Assembly: GCA_013265495.1 (NCBI GenBank)
Contig: MU058687.1
Span: 4,214,093 to 4,278,092 of the forward strand
DNA: 64,000 nucleotides
Reading direction: 5' to 3'
DNA from: Vicugna vicugna
Taxonomy: Eukaryota
The position numbers and the translations under genes were made by a program. Position 1 is the first letter of the stretch; every line of letters begins with the position of its first letter. Of this stretch, positions 37,347-49,330 are shown piece after piece. Below the pieces are notes generated by a model. It saw only the letters and a list, made by a program, of their open reading frames with translations, made no database searches and was not told the DNA's origin.

Positions 37347-38789
37347 CCTCCATCCGGGACTAAGAAACTCTTTTCTTTCTGGTGGCAATGAGGCGGGAGA
37401 GGCTGTACCATGAATACAAAGGGAGATTTTGAATGCACCTCCCTGGGCCCCTATATAGGATGCCTGATTTGCAACGGTGTATTCTGAATTATAGCATTTC
37501 TATCCTTATTTCTAAGGTCTCCCTTTATTTCAGTCCAGAAGCAAATTTTGGGTTAGGAATAGCAGCCGAGTTTCGATTAAATAGAAAGCAAACCTCTTTC
37601 CACCTCACGTCTAAGGCCCCCCTTGTAGGCTTTCACATTTTCATTGATTTGGGGACTTGTGTTAGCTCCAGCTGTGAATAACGGCCACGCTGGGCCTTCT
37701 GAGTGCCCCTGGTAGTTGTCAAACTAATCTATGGGAGGAAATCTGAAAATGCTTTGCCCCAGTCCTTTGTTTCTTTAGTTCGGTGGGTGTTTGTTTTTTT
37801 TTTTCTTCTCCTTGAGATTGTTTCCTACTTACGTTGGGCAGGGAGTGCTCTCATATAGCACCCTTGTCTGATTCTGCTAGAAAGAGCAAATGTCCTTTGA
37901 GAAGTTCCTGCTGGTGGCTGTTGGCCCCTTGCTCCTGTCCCTGGCATGTCTAGGGCTGGAGCTGGGAGTCATTCCTTGCATTTCCCTGGCCTCAATGCTT
38001 TGTCTCTTCTCTTCCTTGAGTTTGTCCTTCACTTCATCTTGTACTGAAGTCCATCCGTTTTGTGAGCTTCCATCTTTAGCAAAGACCCACCTTTGCATGT
38101 TGTTATGTCCCAGCACAGTAATTAGAAAACAGATATTTGCATAGATATAAACTCTTATTTTTATGATGTTGACACTCAGGTTAGACAGCATCTTTTCAGG
38201 TTGCTTCTTGGACTCTAAGGCAGAATATCTGCATTAGAAGCCCAGGAAAGGCTAAAGAGAGTTCTCACTGAGTGATGTTAGATATAGAATGATGTTAGGT
38301 ATAGATTAGAAATGAGTGATACAGGTTAGGTATCTGATGCTTAGTACCAGATACAGGGTGGCTGCCAAGGAGAGTGCAATGGGAGGAGCACAGCTCCATT
38401 CTCTTTCCCCCCTAAGCCTCTACTGTCTAGGATAATAATTTTGATAACCAAGAATGAGGTCTTTAACTCTCACCTTTGTTCCTCTAGCAGATTTTCTTCC
38501 ATTAAAAAAAGTCACTAAAGTTATCTCTCTATTTTAGAATTCTTCATAAAGGCTATCTTAAACCATGCTGTGATTTTAGATCACAATTAGGTTTATTAAA
38601 AGAATTTTTATAGGCTAACAGCCTCACTTAAAAATATTACTTCGTTCTTGTAACATGAATTCTTTTAGACCTCTTTACTGTCCAGGAGAATGTGAATGCA
38701 TTGATATTCCTGATAACTGCTTATAATATGGAGTTGATTTCATACATATTAAAGCATGTATTAAATATGTGTTTTATGTATATGGTATT

Positions 38790-39050
38790 ATAATAATAGC
38801 TTTACATATAGCTATTATTTATATAGCGTTTGTTCTGTCTGCCAGGCCTTTGGCAAACAGTGCTGCATACACTATTTTATTTACTTCTCAAAATAACGGT
38901 AATAGGTCCATACTGTTCTTTCCATTTTACAGATGAGGACATTGAGACACATAAAGATTGACTTGGCGAATGGCACACACTTAGTAAATGACAGAAAAGG
39001 AACTTGAATCTAGGATCCGCCTCCTTCGAAAGCTCACATGCTTCAACTTG
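38790..39050 (-). mobile_element. MIR SINE, near full length
   Basis: tgccaggc...ccattttacagatgaggacattgagacaca...cacacacttagtaaatgacaga..ggaacttgaatctagg. Confidence 0.85.
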
Positions 39051-41250
39051 TGGCTCCGATCCACTCAGGGCTAAGCTTGAATTCACAATTTTATCCCTGC
39101 GCATTGATTCTTTCTTCCTGAGAAGTTACTGCAGCTAAGTAGCTCTGTCCAAAGATTTCAGCCAGTGCCTTCTATTCATTGTTTGGGAAGGTTCGATGGC
39201 TGTAGCTGCCAAAGTGAGCAGGATGGAGGAGTCACTGTTGAGGGAAGGGGGTGCTTCCTTGCTCTACAACCCCCTTCACGATTCCAGCTGTGGGCCACTT
39301 GCTCTGGGCAGCGCAAGTTATCTGCCTGTCTCTGCGGGAAGGGGAATGTCCACTCCTTGTGTGTGTTGCTGTCCACCCCTCCTGTGCAGCCATAACTTAA
39401 GTCAGTAAGACCTCGCTCTCTGGGGCTGGGGGTCTCCAATGTCACGGGGAAGTCTGCCTTCCCTACTTCCTCAGCACAGCCCCGGGGCAGTGCTTCTTGT
39501 ATTTAAGGTCCTGGAAACCTCAGAGGTCGTTACCTCTAGAGAATGAATTGGTCTGTGCATTGCTCTTCTCTTTCTAGAAGGAGTTATCACTGCTCCCAAA
39601 GCTTTAGCCTGACACTTGGAATAGAGGAACTGTTTCTGGAAAACATTCCCTAACCCCGATGTTCCCAGACCTGATTCATCCTGAAAAACACCTGGAGCGT
39701 TTTGGGGGGAAGAAAATAGATTCTCAGGCTCCAGAAGTGTTACTTTTCATCAGTGCCTCACCTCCAGGAGGATTTGACAGTCAATCCACGTTAGGATCAC
39801 ACTCTCATTAAATTCCAGTAGTTTTTACAGGAGGAAAGTAAAGGCAGACTTTGTCTTTCTTGGCCGGAGGGTTAAGGTTTAAATCCTCCCTCTGCTTTTG
39901 AGACCCTCCTACCTACATTCCAGTTCTGGGGACAGCCCCTTTTCAGTGGGTGCTTCCATTAATCTTCGGTGGAGAGTCTGGCCAGGTGTGGTCCATGGAC
40001 AGGGTGCCGGGTCCACACTGGAAGAGGCCACAGAGGGGCAGCTGCTGGAAGGGAAGAGAGGGTGGGTTTACCCAAAAGATATGAGGCTCGTGAGCATACT
40101 GCGCCCCATACTCTCCACCAGCTCTGTTCTTCCAGTGGCTGTTTGAGGAGCCCCGTGTGTGTGTCAGGGGAGCAGTGGGTGCTGGAGTTTCCATGGCGAG
40201 CAGACATCGTCCTTTCTTTCCCGTAGCTTACTAGTTAATGCAGAGGCAGACACTAAACACATTAACATACTGGTGCAAAGTTAAGAACTTAACTTCATAA
40301 GTGCCACAAAGGGGAGTTTCCATGTGCAAAGGTGTATGGAGGAAGACCTGTCCTATTCTTGGGTGGCTGTGGTGTGTCAAGGAAGGTTTTCCTGAGCAAG
40401 TGACACAAGCATCTTCTCTGCAGGCTGAGCACATTGTCTCACCACCCTCGTGCTCACCGCCCTCCCTGCCCACCTCCCCCCCACCCCTTTAACCTGTCCG
40501 AGGCAGGCTGACCAGCCCTGTCACTCTAGCCACTGATTTGCCTAGGATCGCATGTCTTACGACATTGGAGGGTTCTGCAGGAATGAAAAGAGACCACCAC
40601 ATCTGCATGCACAGACACCACTCGGCCAGCTCCTGCTTCTCTCTGAGACGTGTAAAACATCTCTAAGTGTTTTTATGCATCAGTGCTCCAGTAAGGAAAA
40701 CTTGTAGAAAGACTAATTGTTTTTATGGTTCCTTTATAGAACATGAACACATTTGAGATTTTGTTTCTTATTCTGGAACATTAATGCAAGACTTGGGAAT
40801 ATCAGCTTTGCAGATTTGTTTTTCTATTCTCAGAGTAGGTTTAAAGCAGCTACAGGGCAACTTGCCTACCTGCATGCCTTCTTCAGTGACAATTGTTTTA
40901 AAAATACATATCTTTCGTCTGGGAGAGCTATTGAGTAGAGAGAAGTAAGTGGGAATGGACACTAAGAGATTACATGGAGGTAGTTTTATGAATCATCACT
41001 GGCATTGCCATTGTCGAATATGGATTTATTAAATGCCCAATCCTGTTTAGTGTTGCTGCTATAAAGAGAATTAGAAAGTCATAGCCTTTGTCCGGGGAAA
41101 TTTCGATCTATGAAACAGCCTTGATTTATAAACATTTGAAAAGGGCATAAAGGTAACAAGAACCAAAACAAGATGTTGCAAAAGATTGGTTCAATGTATA
41201 AGTCGACTTAAGGTGTAAGTTGAAGGTCAGAACACGTCTGTGTTCTGGGT

Positions 41251-41630
41251 TGCCGTTAGTCAGGATAGGTTCGGTTGTACTTTGGTGACGAACTCCATGC
41301 CTCAGTAGCTTAACCCATGGAGTTTATTTCTCACTCCAGACCTCATATCCATCACAGAGTGACAGAGGGCTCTGCTTTGCGTCATCATTATTTGGGGAGC
41401 TAGGTGGATGGACCCTTCATCACCTGAAATGTTGCCAGTCACCCTGGAAGAAGGAAGGAAATAAAGGGAATCTTGACTAGCCTTGAAATGTTTCTGCCTA
41501 GAAGTGAATTCCACTAGCCTTCCGCTAGCCCAGACAAGTCACGTGGGGATGCTTAAGTCCAAGGAGCAAGGAGGTGCAGTCCCGCCGTGTGCCCTAAAAG
41601 AGGAAAACCAGAATATTGGTGAAACAGTGA
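41251..41630 (-). mobile_element. MaLR solo LTR (MLT1J/K-like)
   Basis: ttagtcaggataggttcggttg..tggtgac..aac..ctcagtagcttaa..gtttatttctcactc...ttctgcctagaagtga...aagtcacgtgg...aaccagaatattggtgaa. Confidence 0.8.
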
Positions 41631-41699
41631 GAAAACCCGGTCAGATTTAATAATTATTCTAGCCACAGTGATCGACTGGTCAATCTATCAATCAAATGA

Positions 41700-41960
41700 T
41701 AATAACACTGCTGTTTATCAGTAATGGAACACCTAGTAGGTACCAAATTCTTTGTGAAACAATTCACATAGATTATCACATTGAGTTCTTTACCGACCTC
41801 TCTGGTGGGTTGTACTATTATCTCTGTTTTCCACATGATAAAATTAAAACTGGGAGTCTTTAAGTAACTTGCCCAAGGTTACACAACGGGTATGCAGCAG
41901 AGCTGTGATTCACACCCGTGTCCTCCTAATGGAAGAGTCTGAGCACCTCTCCAAGATTCC
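41700..41960 (-). mobile_element. MIR SINE
   Basis: tactattatctctgttttccacatgataaaatt..taagtaacttgcccaaggttacaca..gcagagctgtgattcacaccc. Confidence 0.8.
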
Positions 41961-42599
41961 TGTCCTGTCACTGTAGTCTAGTGACTTACTCTGCATAGAG
42001 CTGGAAATAACAGAGTGAAGTGATTTCTGTCCTGGTCACTTAGAATCTCTCAAATGTGTCTCTGCTTTGCTAAAAACCATCTCTGGCTTTGCTGGTCTTT
42101 GGAACCAAGTGGATTGTTTTTCCTTTTGTAGACTTTTCTCGGCTGTTTTTTTTCTTAGCGTTTTGTTTTTGCGGTTGGTAAGGTAACTTTTTTTTTTCTT
42201 TCACACGAGCTTCTAGAGCTCCTTGAGAATGGACCTCACGGGCACTTTCATGTGTGCCCGGCACCATCTGGGAGGACTGGGGCTTAGAGCACCTTGTGAC
42301 CACGCTCATTAAAACACTGTTAGGAAAGGCTTGTAGTTAAAGAATTCCTGGGAAAACTTTGTCACTCTTTTCAAATTCACTTCTAAATGTGTTTCACCAA
42401 ATCACGTTTTAAAAATTCTATTTCTGTTTTCTCCTATTTGTAAATTAAGCTGCTCCCTTTCATTTTAGAACATTTTATTAGTTTATTCTTTTCTTTTCCA
42501 ACATATCTCCAGTGTCTAGAAAAATGCGTAGCACGTATTACTTGTACAAATATATCCTAAAAATGAAAGAATGAATCAGTGAACTGGTAGATTTCATGT

Positions 42600-42860
42600 T
42601 CAGAGTTTGGTTCGTCAACTCCTCTGCCCTGATTGTCTCTCTCACCAGTGTTTTGACAAATGGTGCTGTGTTAGCCGCTCTGCCTCTGAGTTACTCCTTT
42701 GCATACCGGCTATAAGATTTCAATAGATTTGGTAACCTGTTTTCTCACCTGTAAGATGGGATCATGTAGGCCCTGCCTCTTGAAGGGTTTATAAGGGAGT
42801 ATTACATAATTTCATGCCGCAGAGCACTTGGAATGTTGCCTGACACAAAGCACGTACGAC
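42600..42860 (+). mobile_element. MIR SINE fragment, preceded by an L2 tail at ~42480-42580
   Basis: ctgttttctcacctgtaagatggg..cctgcctcttgaagggttt..agcacttggaatgttgcctgacaca. Confidence 0.6.
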
Positions 42861-43686
42861 AGTGGTCTCTTTACCCTTTGTTTTAGGAGTCAAAATTTTC
42901 CTTCAGATTTCACTTTTCAGGTTCCTTCTTACACTGCCTTTACCTAAAATTTCGTATCCTTCCTATACAAATTCATCCCGGGAGTTTAGTTGTAATATTG
43001 CCATAGAGTTAATTTATTTATTCCCTTTAATCCAATCACTTATAATCTGTTCAGGTTATTGCCCCAGAGAGGGATGTTTTTGTAAGACATCCATTCTTTT
43101 TGACTTAAATATTTGTTATTGAGATACAATGGGGCTTGATTATTTTGGCGCCAGGCACAGCAACATCTTCATTCATTGATTTATTCCTTTATTCATTCGG
43201 CAAATATTTATTGAGAAACAGAAAGATAATTATAGAGACTCTTAGAGCTGGAAAGAATGTCAAAATCTTTTAGACCAAATCTACCCTCATTTCTATGCAC
43301 TTAGTACTAAGCGTGTAAAAGGATCAGTGGGAGAGCCGGCTTCTTCAGCATGTTGAAGCTGACTCACTGAGAACAGCAAGGGAAGGAACATTTCATTTAT
43401 CTTCCACCTGTTCTTGGGCGATCTCATTTGCCTCAGGAAAGAAGCAAGGCGCTCCTGTGAAGTCATGAACGTTTTCTTTGTGCTAATGGAAACATTTTGA
43501 GTTAAATATAAGGAACACTGATTCCTATATAGTTTGAATAACCTGGATTTTGAGTCTGTTATGGCTGATCCCAAGTCTGCACTGACCTAGGGAGAGCCTG
43601 GAGTGCCGTGCTCTGAGGTCTTCAGCCTGGCAGCCTCATGTCAGGAAATGTGAATGGAGTTGCAGAAAGGATGCCAGGAGACCTAG

Positions 43687-43757
43687 TGTATTGGTTTCCT
43701 GTAGCTTCCATGCAAATTACCACAAACTGGTTGGCTTACAAAAATATATATATTTTA

Positions 43758-43788
<31 letters not shown>

Positions 43789-44084
43789 ATCCTATGGCTT
43801 GTGGCTGCATCACTCCAGTCTCTTCCTCCATCTTCACACGGCCTTCTCTGCTGTGTGTGTCTGCTACTGTTTGTGTCTAACTTATAAGGACACTTGGGAT
43901 TCCATTTAGAGCCTGGCCAATCCTGGAGAGGCTCCTTCTCTTAAGATGCTTAACTAAATCACATCTTTTGTCGTGTATAGTAATATTCACTCTTTTGCCA
44001 TATACAGTAATAATCACAGGTTCGGGGGTTAGAACATGGGCATATTTGGTGGGGGGGTGGCTGCCGTTCCATCCGCATTACCCA
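43687..44084 (-). mobile_element. MaLR solo LTR (MLT1B/C-like) with an internal (TA)n, inserted in a MIR that continues to ~44280
   Basis: tgtattggtttcctgtagct..caaattaccacaaactggttggctta...ggcttgtggctgcatcactccagtctct.cctccatcttcaca...cttataaggacact...cacaggttcgggggttagaacatggg. Confidence 0.88.
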
Positions 44085-45014
44085 CGTTCAAGTGCTTGCG
44101 TTTTGGCTAACTGTCCACAGCTGGGAAAGTTACCACATCTCTCTGAAAGCCGAATTTCTCACCTGTAAAACGAGAATACTAGTGCCCAATTTACAGAGTT
44201 CTCATGAGGAGAAAAAGAGATAGAATATATATGATGTTCCCTAACTCACTTCTTAGCATAATTAGTTGCCTAAGTGTCAGATACTCAGAGGGTGAAAGAG
44301 ATTTTAAACTACTTTACTTTAAAGAAAAAAGTAAGGCTGACTTATATTTGGTCAAGAATTTGTTAAAGTTTTATGATTTGGTTGAAAAAGTATTATTGAG
44401 CAACCACAAAATGGTTTTATGTTTAGTTCACCATTATGCACAGAACAGCCACAAAATGGTTTTATATTCAGATAACCATTATATGCTGGCCATGCCTCAT
44501 TTAATAATAATTTCTTTCTGTCTGCTTTCTGCTGCTTCCTACCCACTAGCATATTTTGTAACATATTACTATGTGATGTCAAATTCTTTAAATAATAATG
44601 AATGATAGTTTAAGTAACAAATCAGTGATGTCTCAGTGTCTCAGGTCTGCAAAAAATAATCTGTTAAAAACAATCTCCTTTGGCTGAGTGAAATTATAGG
44701 GGCACTATAGAATTTATCATCTACCTTTTGTAGAATTCTTACTTGAGTTATGCACTTAAAGATTCATATTGTAACCTCTTCCTCAAATGAACTGTAAGTT
44801 CTACATCTAGAAGTAAAAATTCTCATTAAAAATATGATGACAGGTATAATTTGCAAGTTTTGCGCTAATACACGGTGTTGGTTTTATTGCGGTGTTTGTG
44901 ATTTGGAATAGCTCTGTCTATCTGAATTAGGAGACAACTGAAGAAATTTTGGCAACTTTCACAGATGGAAATAGCATAATTAAGGTCAAAGCATTTTTCA
45001 AAATTTAATCTCTT

Positions 45015-45461
45015 AATGACATAATGCCATTTGCAGCAACATAAATAGTCCTAGAGATGATCCTACTAAGTGAAGTAAGTTAGAGAAAAAAAAATCATAT
45101 GATACCACTTATATGCGATATCTAAAAAATGATACAAGTGAACTTATTTACAAAACAGAAGTAGACTCACAGACATAGAAAACAAACTTATGGTTACCAA
45201 AGGGGAAGTGGGGAGAGGGATAAATTAGGAGTTTAGGATTAACAGATGCACACTTCTATATATAAAATAGATAAACAACAAAGACCTACTACATAGCACA
45301 GGGAACTATATTCATTGTCTTATAATAACCTATAGTGGAAAAGAATCTGAAAAATAATAAATATGCATACATATATATAATTCAATCACTTTGCTGTACA
45401 CCTGAAACTAATACAACATTGTAAATCAACTATGCTCCAGTTTTAAAAAAACGAATAAAAC
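45015..45461 (+). mobile_element. Cetartiodactyl-type L1: degenerate ORF2 C-terminus plus 3'UTR and A-tail
   Basis: ataatgccatttgcagcaaca..ctagagatgatcctactaagtgaagtaag (IMPFAAT..LE.I.LSEVS) followed by gaacttatttacaaaacagaa.tagactcacagacatagaaaacaaacttatggttaccaaagggg...ctttgctgtacacctgaaactaatacaacattgtaaatcaacta. Confidence 0.92.
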
Positions 45462-46100
45462 TGAAGTGTCTAACAAAATAAATCACAAAAGTTTCGAATG
45501 GTTACATTCTTTACTGGAAGTATATCTCAAAGGGAGAGTGTGGAAACAGTTTTCACCTCTTGTTGTGTTCCCCTGTAAATTCTTGTTTTTACTAATTTTA
45601 ATTCCTGCACAGCCACACCTTTTCAGGATCTTCTGGTTTTATTCTCTCTCTCTATCCTACTCATATAGTTTTGCCCCCACTGGCTCTTGATCCCTCTTTC
45701 TGCTTATGGAAAAATAATGGCCTTGAATCTGCATTATATTCCTTTCAGTGAACTCTAGTCAAGTTGCTGTGTACGTGACATTTGGAATAGACAGGAGGCA
45801 AAATAATGGGTCAGGTGTCTTCCAGCTCTGATGTCCCGGCAACTTACGTTCTTCCAAATATTAGCTCCTCCATTTAAAAGCACACACTCTGTAGCTAAAC
45901 TCTATCACTACCCTATCTCCATTCTCTAATCTAAAGAAAGATTTTATTATTATTATTATTTCCTATCTTTGTTTTCTGGATTACTTTGGGCTGTTAAAAG
46001 TAATAAAGATAGTAAACCTAGATTTTCCAGGAGGGGATGTGTGTGTTCTGCGTATGTGTGTGCTTGTGTGTAAGTAATGGAGATTTTTGCTTTTACTCAG

Positions 46101-46130
46101 TCAACTCTTTAGAGGTTTCGGAGTTTCCAG
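46101..46130 (+). CDS. Candidate unannotated in-frame microexon (30 nt; 18-nt variant from 46113), would encode (V/I)NSLEVSEFP(G)
   Basis: tttttgcttttactcag|TCAACTCTTTAGAGGTTTCGGAGTTTCCAG|gtaagt: perfect donor, phase 1-1, no stop, TGC at 46088-46090. No expression evidence is available. Confidence 0.3.
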
Positions 46131-49100
46131 GTAAGTTTATTTCTTTAAGACATGACTGCTTTCCTTTCATACATCGATTCCACATCTTCCAAGAAATGAC
46201 TGCAAGACCATCTGCTTCAGTTCCCATAAACATCTTATCTGCTTATTGTTTCCATTCTTTTACAACCTCCTTTCCAAATCACATCCGAAATGGCAAAAAA
46301 AAAAAAAACCCAAACCACCAAAGCTAATATGATTTTAGATGCCAGTTGTGTCCTTTCTCTGACTGTTTTCCATATTTGAAACGGCTGGGGAGTTAGCTTG
46401 CCTCTACCGACAGTAATTTAGAACGAGAGGAATTGGATAAGGGTCGTTTCCTCCATCTCCTGGGATTTCAGAAGCGCTGTCTTCCTTTGTACCTGATCGG
46501 ATCTGCCAGTTGCAAAGCTATGCACTGTAGTGGAGAAGTGCATGCGGTTAATTATGACAATTACAATGAGTTCTTTACAATCTTTGCTGCTGTTATGGGA
46601 TTTAAATACCATAATGTATGTCAGAAGGACAAAATAATGTTCCTGTGTTTTCTGCTTACAGCTGCTTTTATGACTGGGTTTTGCTCATAAACAGGTGGTT
46701 ACAGGATGCAATCCTTCCATGAATTCACTTAACTTACCCATCTCCCACCCCGGGTTTCTGATGTGTCATTCAGCACAGGTGTTGAGAGTCCCAACAGGTC
46801 CTGGACAGAATCCTTTGAACATGTTACAGTGAAAACAAAACCACTGATGGTCAGTGGGAATAAATAAAATGAATTTAGCTAATTGTCAAAGCCTCCCTTG
46901 CTCCTCCCAGACCTCTGTGGTCTGCCTTCCTACTCCCACTTCCACCGTCTCTCTACTGTTTTTTATTTATCCTTGCTTAATCTCCACTCTCCCAACTTTG
47001 CCCTGATGAAATGCCTAATTTCTTCTCACCTCCTGGGTCTCGGGTTCATAGCATGTTGTGAAGACTATTTGCATGTGGAAATGAATTTTTACGTGCTATT
47101 GACCCAGTTACTTCATTTCTGATGTTTTAAGTTGAATCCACGCCGTGCACACGTTGTCGCCTCATTGCTGCTGAGGGCAGCCAGAAAATAGGTAAGACCA
47201 CCTTCTTCTCTCCGCCCACCTTCCTTCGCTGCAGCTCTCACCTCTGCTAGAAAGGTAGGTATGAAGAGGTTCATGGCAAATGGAACTCTGTGTGAGCCAT
47301 TTTCCCCTTGAGTGTGTCTTGCTTAAACCACACATTTCTGGTTAATGTGGTAAACTGACAGCCCCTAGTCCTCCTAATTCTTAGCTGTCTGAAAAAATGT
47401 GCCCCACCTGCCATGGCTTATGACTGAATTATAAACCATGAAGCATAGTAAAGTCATTAACTTTCAACATGTCAAATTTGACTTGAATTGCATCTTGCTC
47501 AGAATTTGATGGCCTTTCCTTAGCATTTAAGAGAGCAGGTTTCGATTCAAAAGGCACTTTGTCATTTCTCAGAGAGCCATTAGCTTTGCGTGGCTATCTG
47601 GACACGAGCATCAGCAGGTCTGGGAGAAGAGGAGTGTCTAGTGAAGTAAAGAGCGTGGAGGAGCAGGTATGAGGTTCCCTAAGGAAGGCAAAGCCATCTC
47701 TTCCCAGGAAAAGAGAAAAGAAGGATATTCTACATTTGAGTCCTGCATGCTGTCCTGAAAAGAGCGATTCACTTTGTAGTGGGGAAATTTTGAAGGAAAG
47801 TGTGTGCTTTACAATTCTGATTACCCTTCCCTCTTTGTTCCCTACTATCAAAAATAATCATATTCTATAAATGTCAGTGGAGTGTGGTTAGAGTGAAGCT
47901 ACATTTTTGGAGAACCAGGTGTCAGCTCTGTCAGATTTCTATGAATAGGCACATTTATACACATTTTTTCAAAGAAAGAAAGGTCACTCGCCACCCTACT
48001 TGTAAAACTGTCAGAGGATTTAGGAAAGAACTATGGTAGGCTCTCTTTGCATGGGAGAAGAAATCTGGTTCTCGAGATATTTGGGGCATTGCAGTGAATA
48101 AGGGCTATTCGTAGAATTCCACCCCCAGCCTCTCTGACTTAGAACTTGGAGGAGAGGCATCTGAAGGCTTGCCCAGGGCTCAGCCCCACCGCGGCACAAC
48201 GGCGTCCTACTGAATATGGAGGGGTAACAGTGGGCTTTGGGGCCCGTTGCTGGGGTAGCGTCCCCCGTATTCCCACCCTTTCTTGCCCCAGGATTCCTAT
48301 CCATTTAGCGAACATACTTAAGACAGGATGGGGTTCAAGGATCTTCTCCTATCTAGAAACTAAGATAATGTTGGGTTCTTTGTATTGTGGCCTGGATGGT
48401 TGGGTGAAGGAGAGTGTCACCAGAGCTTTTTTTGCAAAGTAGATTTTCCAGATTTCTGAAGGCTTGGGGTTGGGTGCTAGAGAGCCTTGAAAAGAAAGGA
48501 AAGCCAGCCCTCTGGTGGTCAGCATGCGGAAATGCAGCTACTAAGCCACTGAGATACAGGACAGGCCCTGCATTGGGTGAGTTTCAGAATAATTTATTTA
48601 TTCCAGGCTGCAAATAAGGTTCTTGGTGAACCTGTCACCCCAAGGCATTTTCAAAGGAAATAAAAGAGAAGAGGTCATAGTCTGAAATTGTTCAACCTGT
48701 TAGTTAAACTCCTGCTATGGGCCCGGTGGGGGCCCTCATAGAAACTCAAATTACCAGTTACACTGCAGGTGAGATTACAGTTGAACTGAGAACCCAGATA
48801 TTAAGGACAGTGATTTAGGAAGAGTGAGTAAGCCAGCTGTTTCCGTTGGCAGAAGAATTGTTGAACAGGGTAGCTGGGAGGAGTCCCTGCAGGTGGTGAG
48901 ATTAAGCCAGGCCCTGAAAGATGGGTAAGATCAGAATAAATGAGGGAAATGGAGGTGAATATTCTCATTATAGGGGCCGGAGGGCAGGAGTGGGCTTGTT
49001 TTTGAAGTCGGTAGCAAGCAAGGGTGGAGAGTTCGTGGTAAATAATGATATGCAGAGAAAACTTGGCAAATAAATAAGAAATGAACTATGTAAATATTTA

Positions 49101-49149
49101 AAGTGGTTTTACAAATTGAATCAAGGGAGTATGTTCAGTTCTCCTTACA

Positions 49150-49330
49150 GAGACAGACAATGCAACCTCTGGACTTCAGGGGTGAGTCTAGGTTCAAACC
49201 CGAGGTCTGGCACTCCTGTGAGTCCTCAGCAAGTTACTGCCTGTCCCCTTTCCCCCCCCCCCATCTGTTAAACTGGGATGGACACGGAATATATTTTTAG
49301 GCTCAGAGATACACAAACGCTGTTTAGGTC
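49150..49330 (+). mobile_element. MIR SINE fragment
   Basis: ctctggact..ctaggttcaaacc..tgtgagtcctcagcaagttact..ccatctgttaaactggg. Confidence 0.55.
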
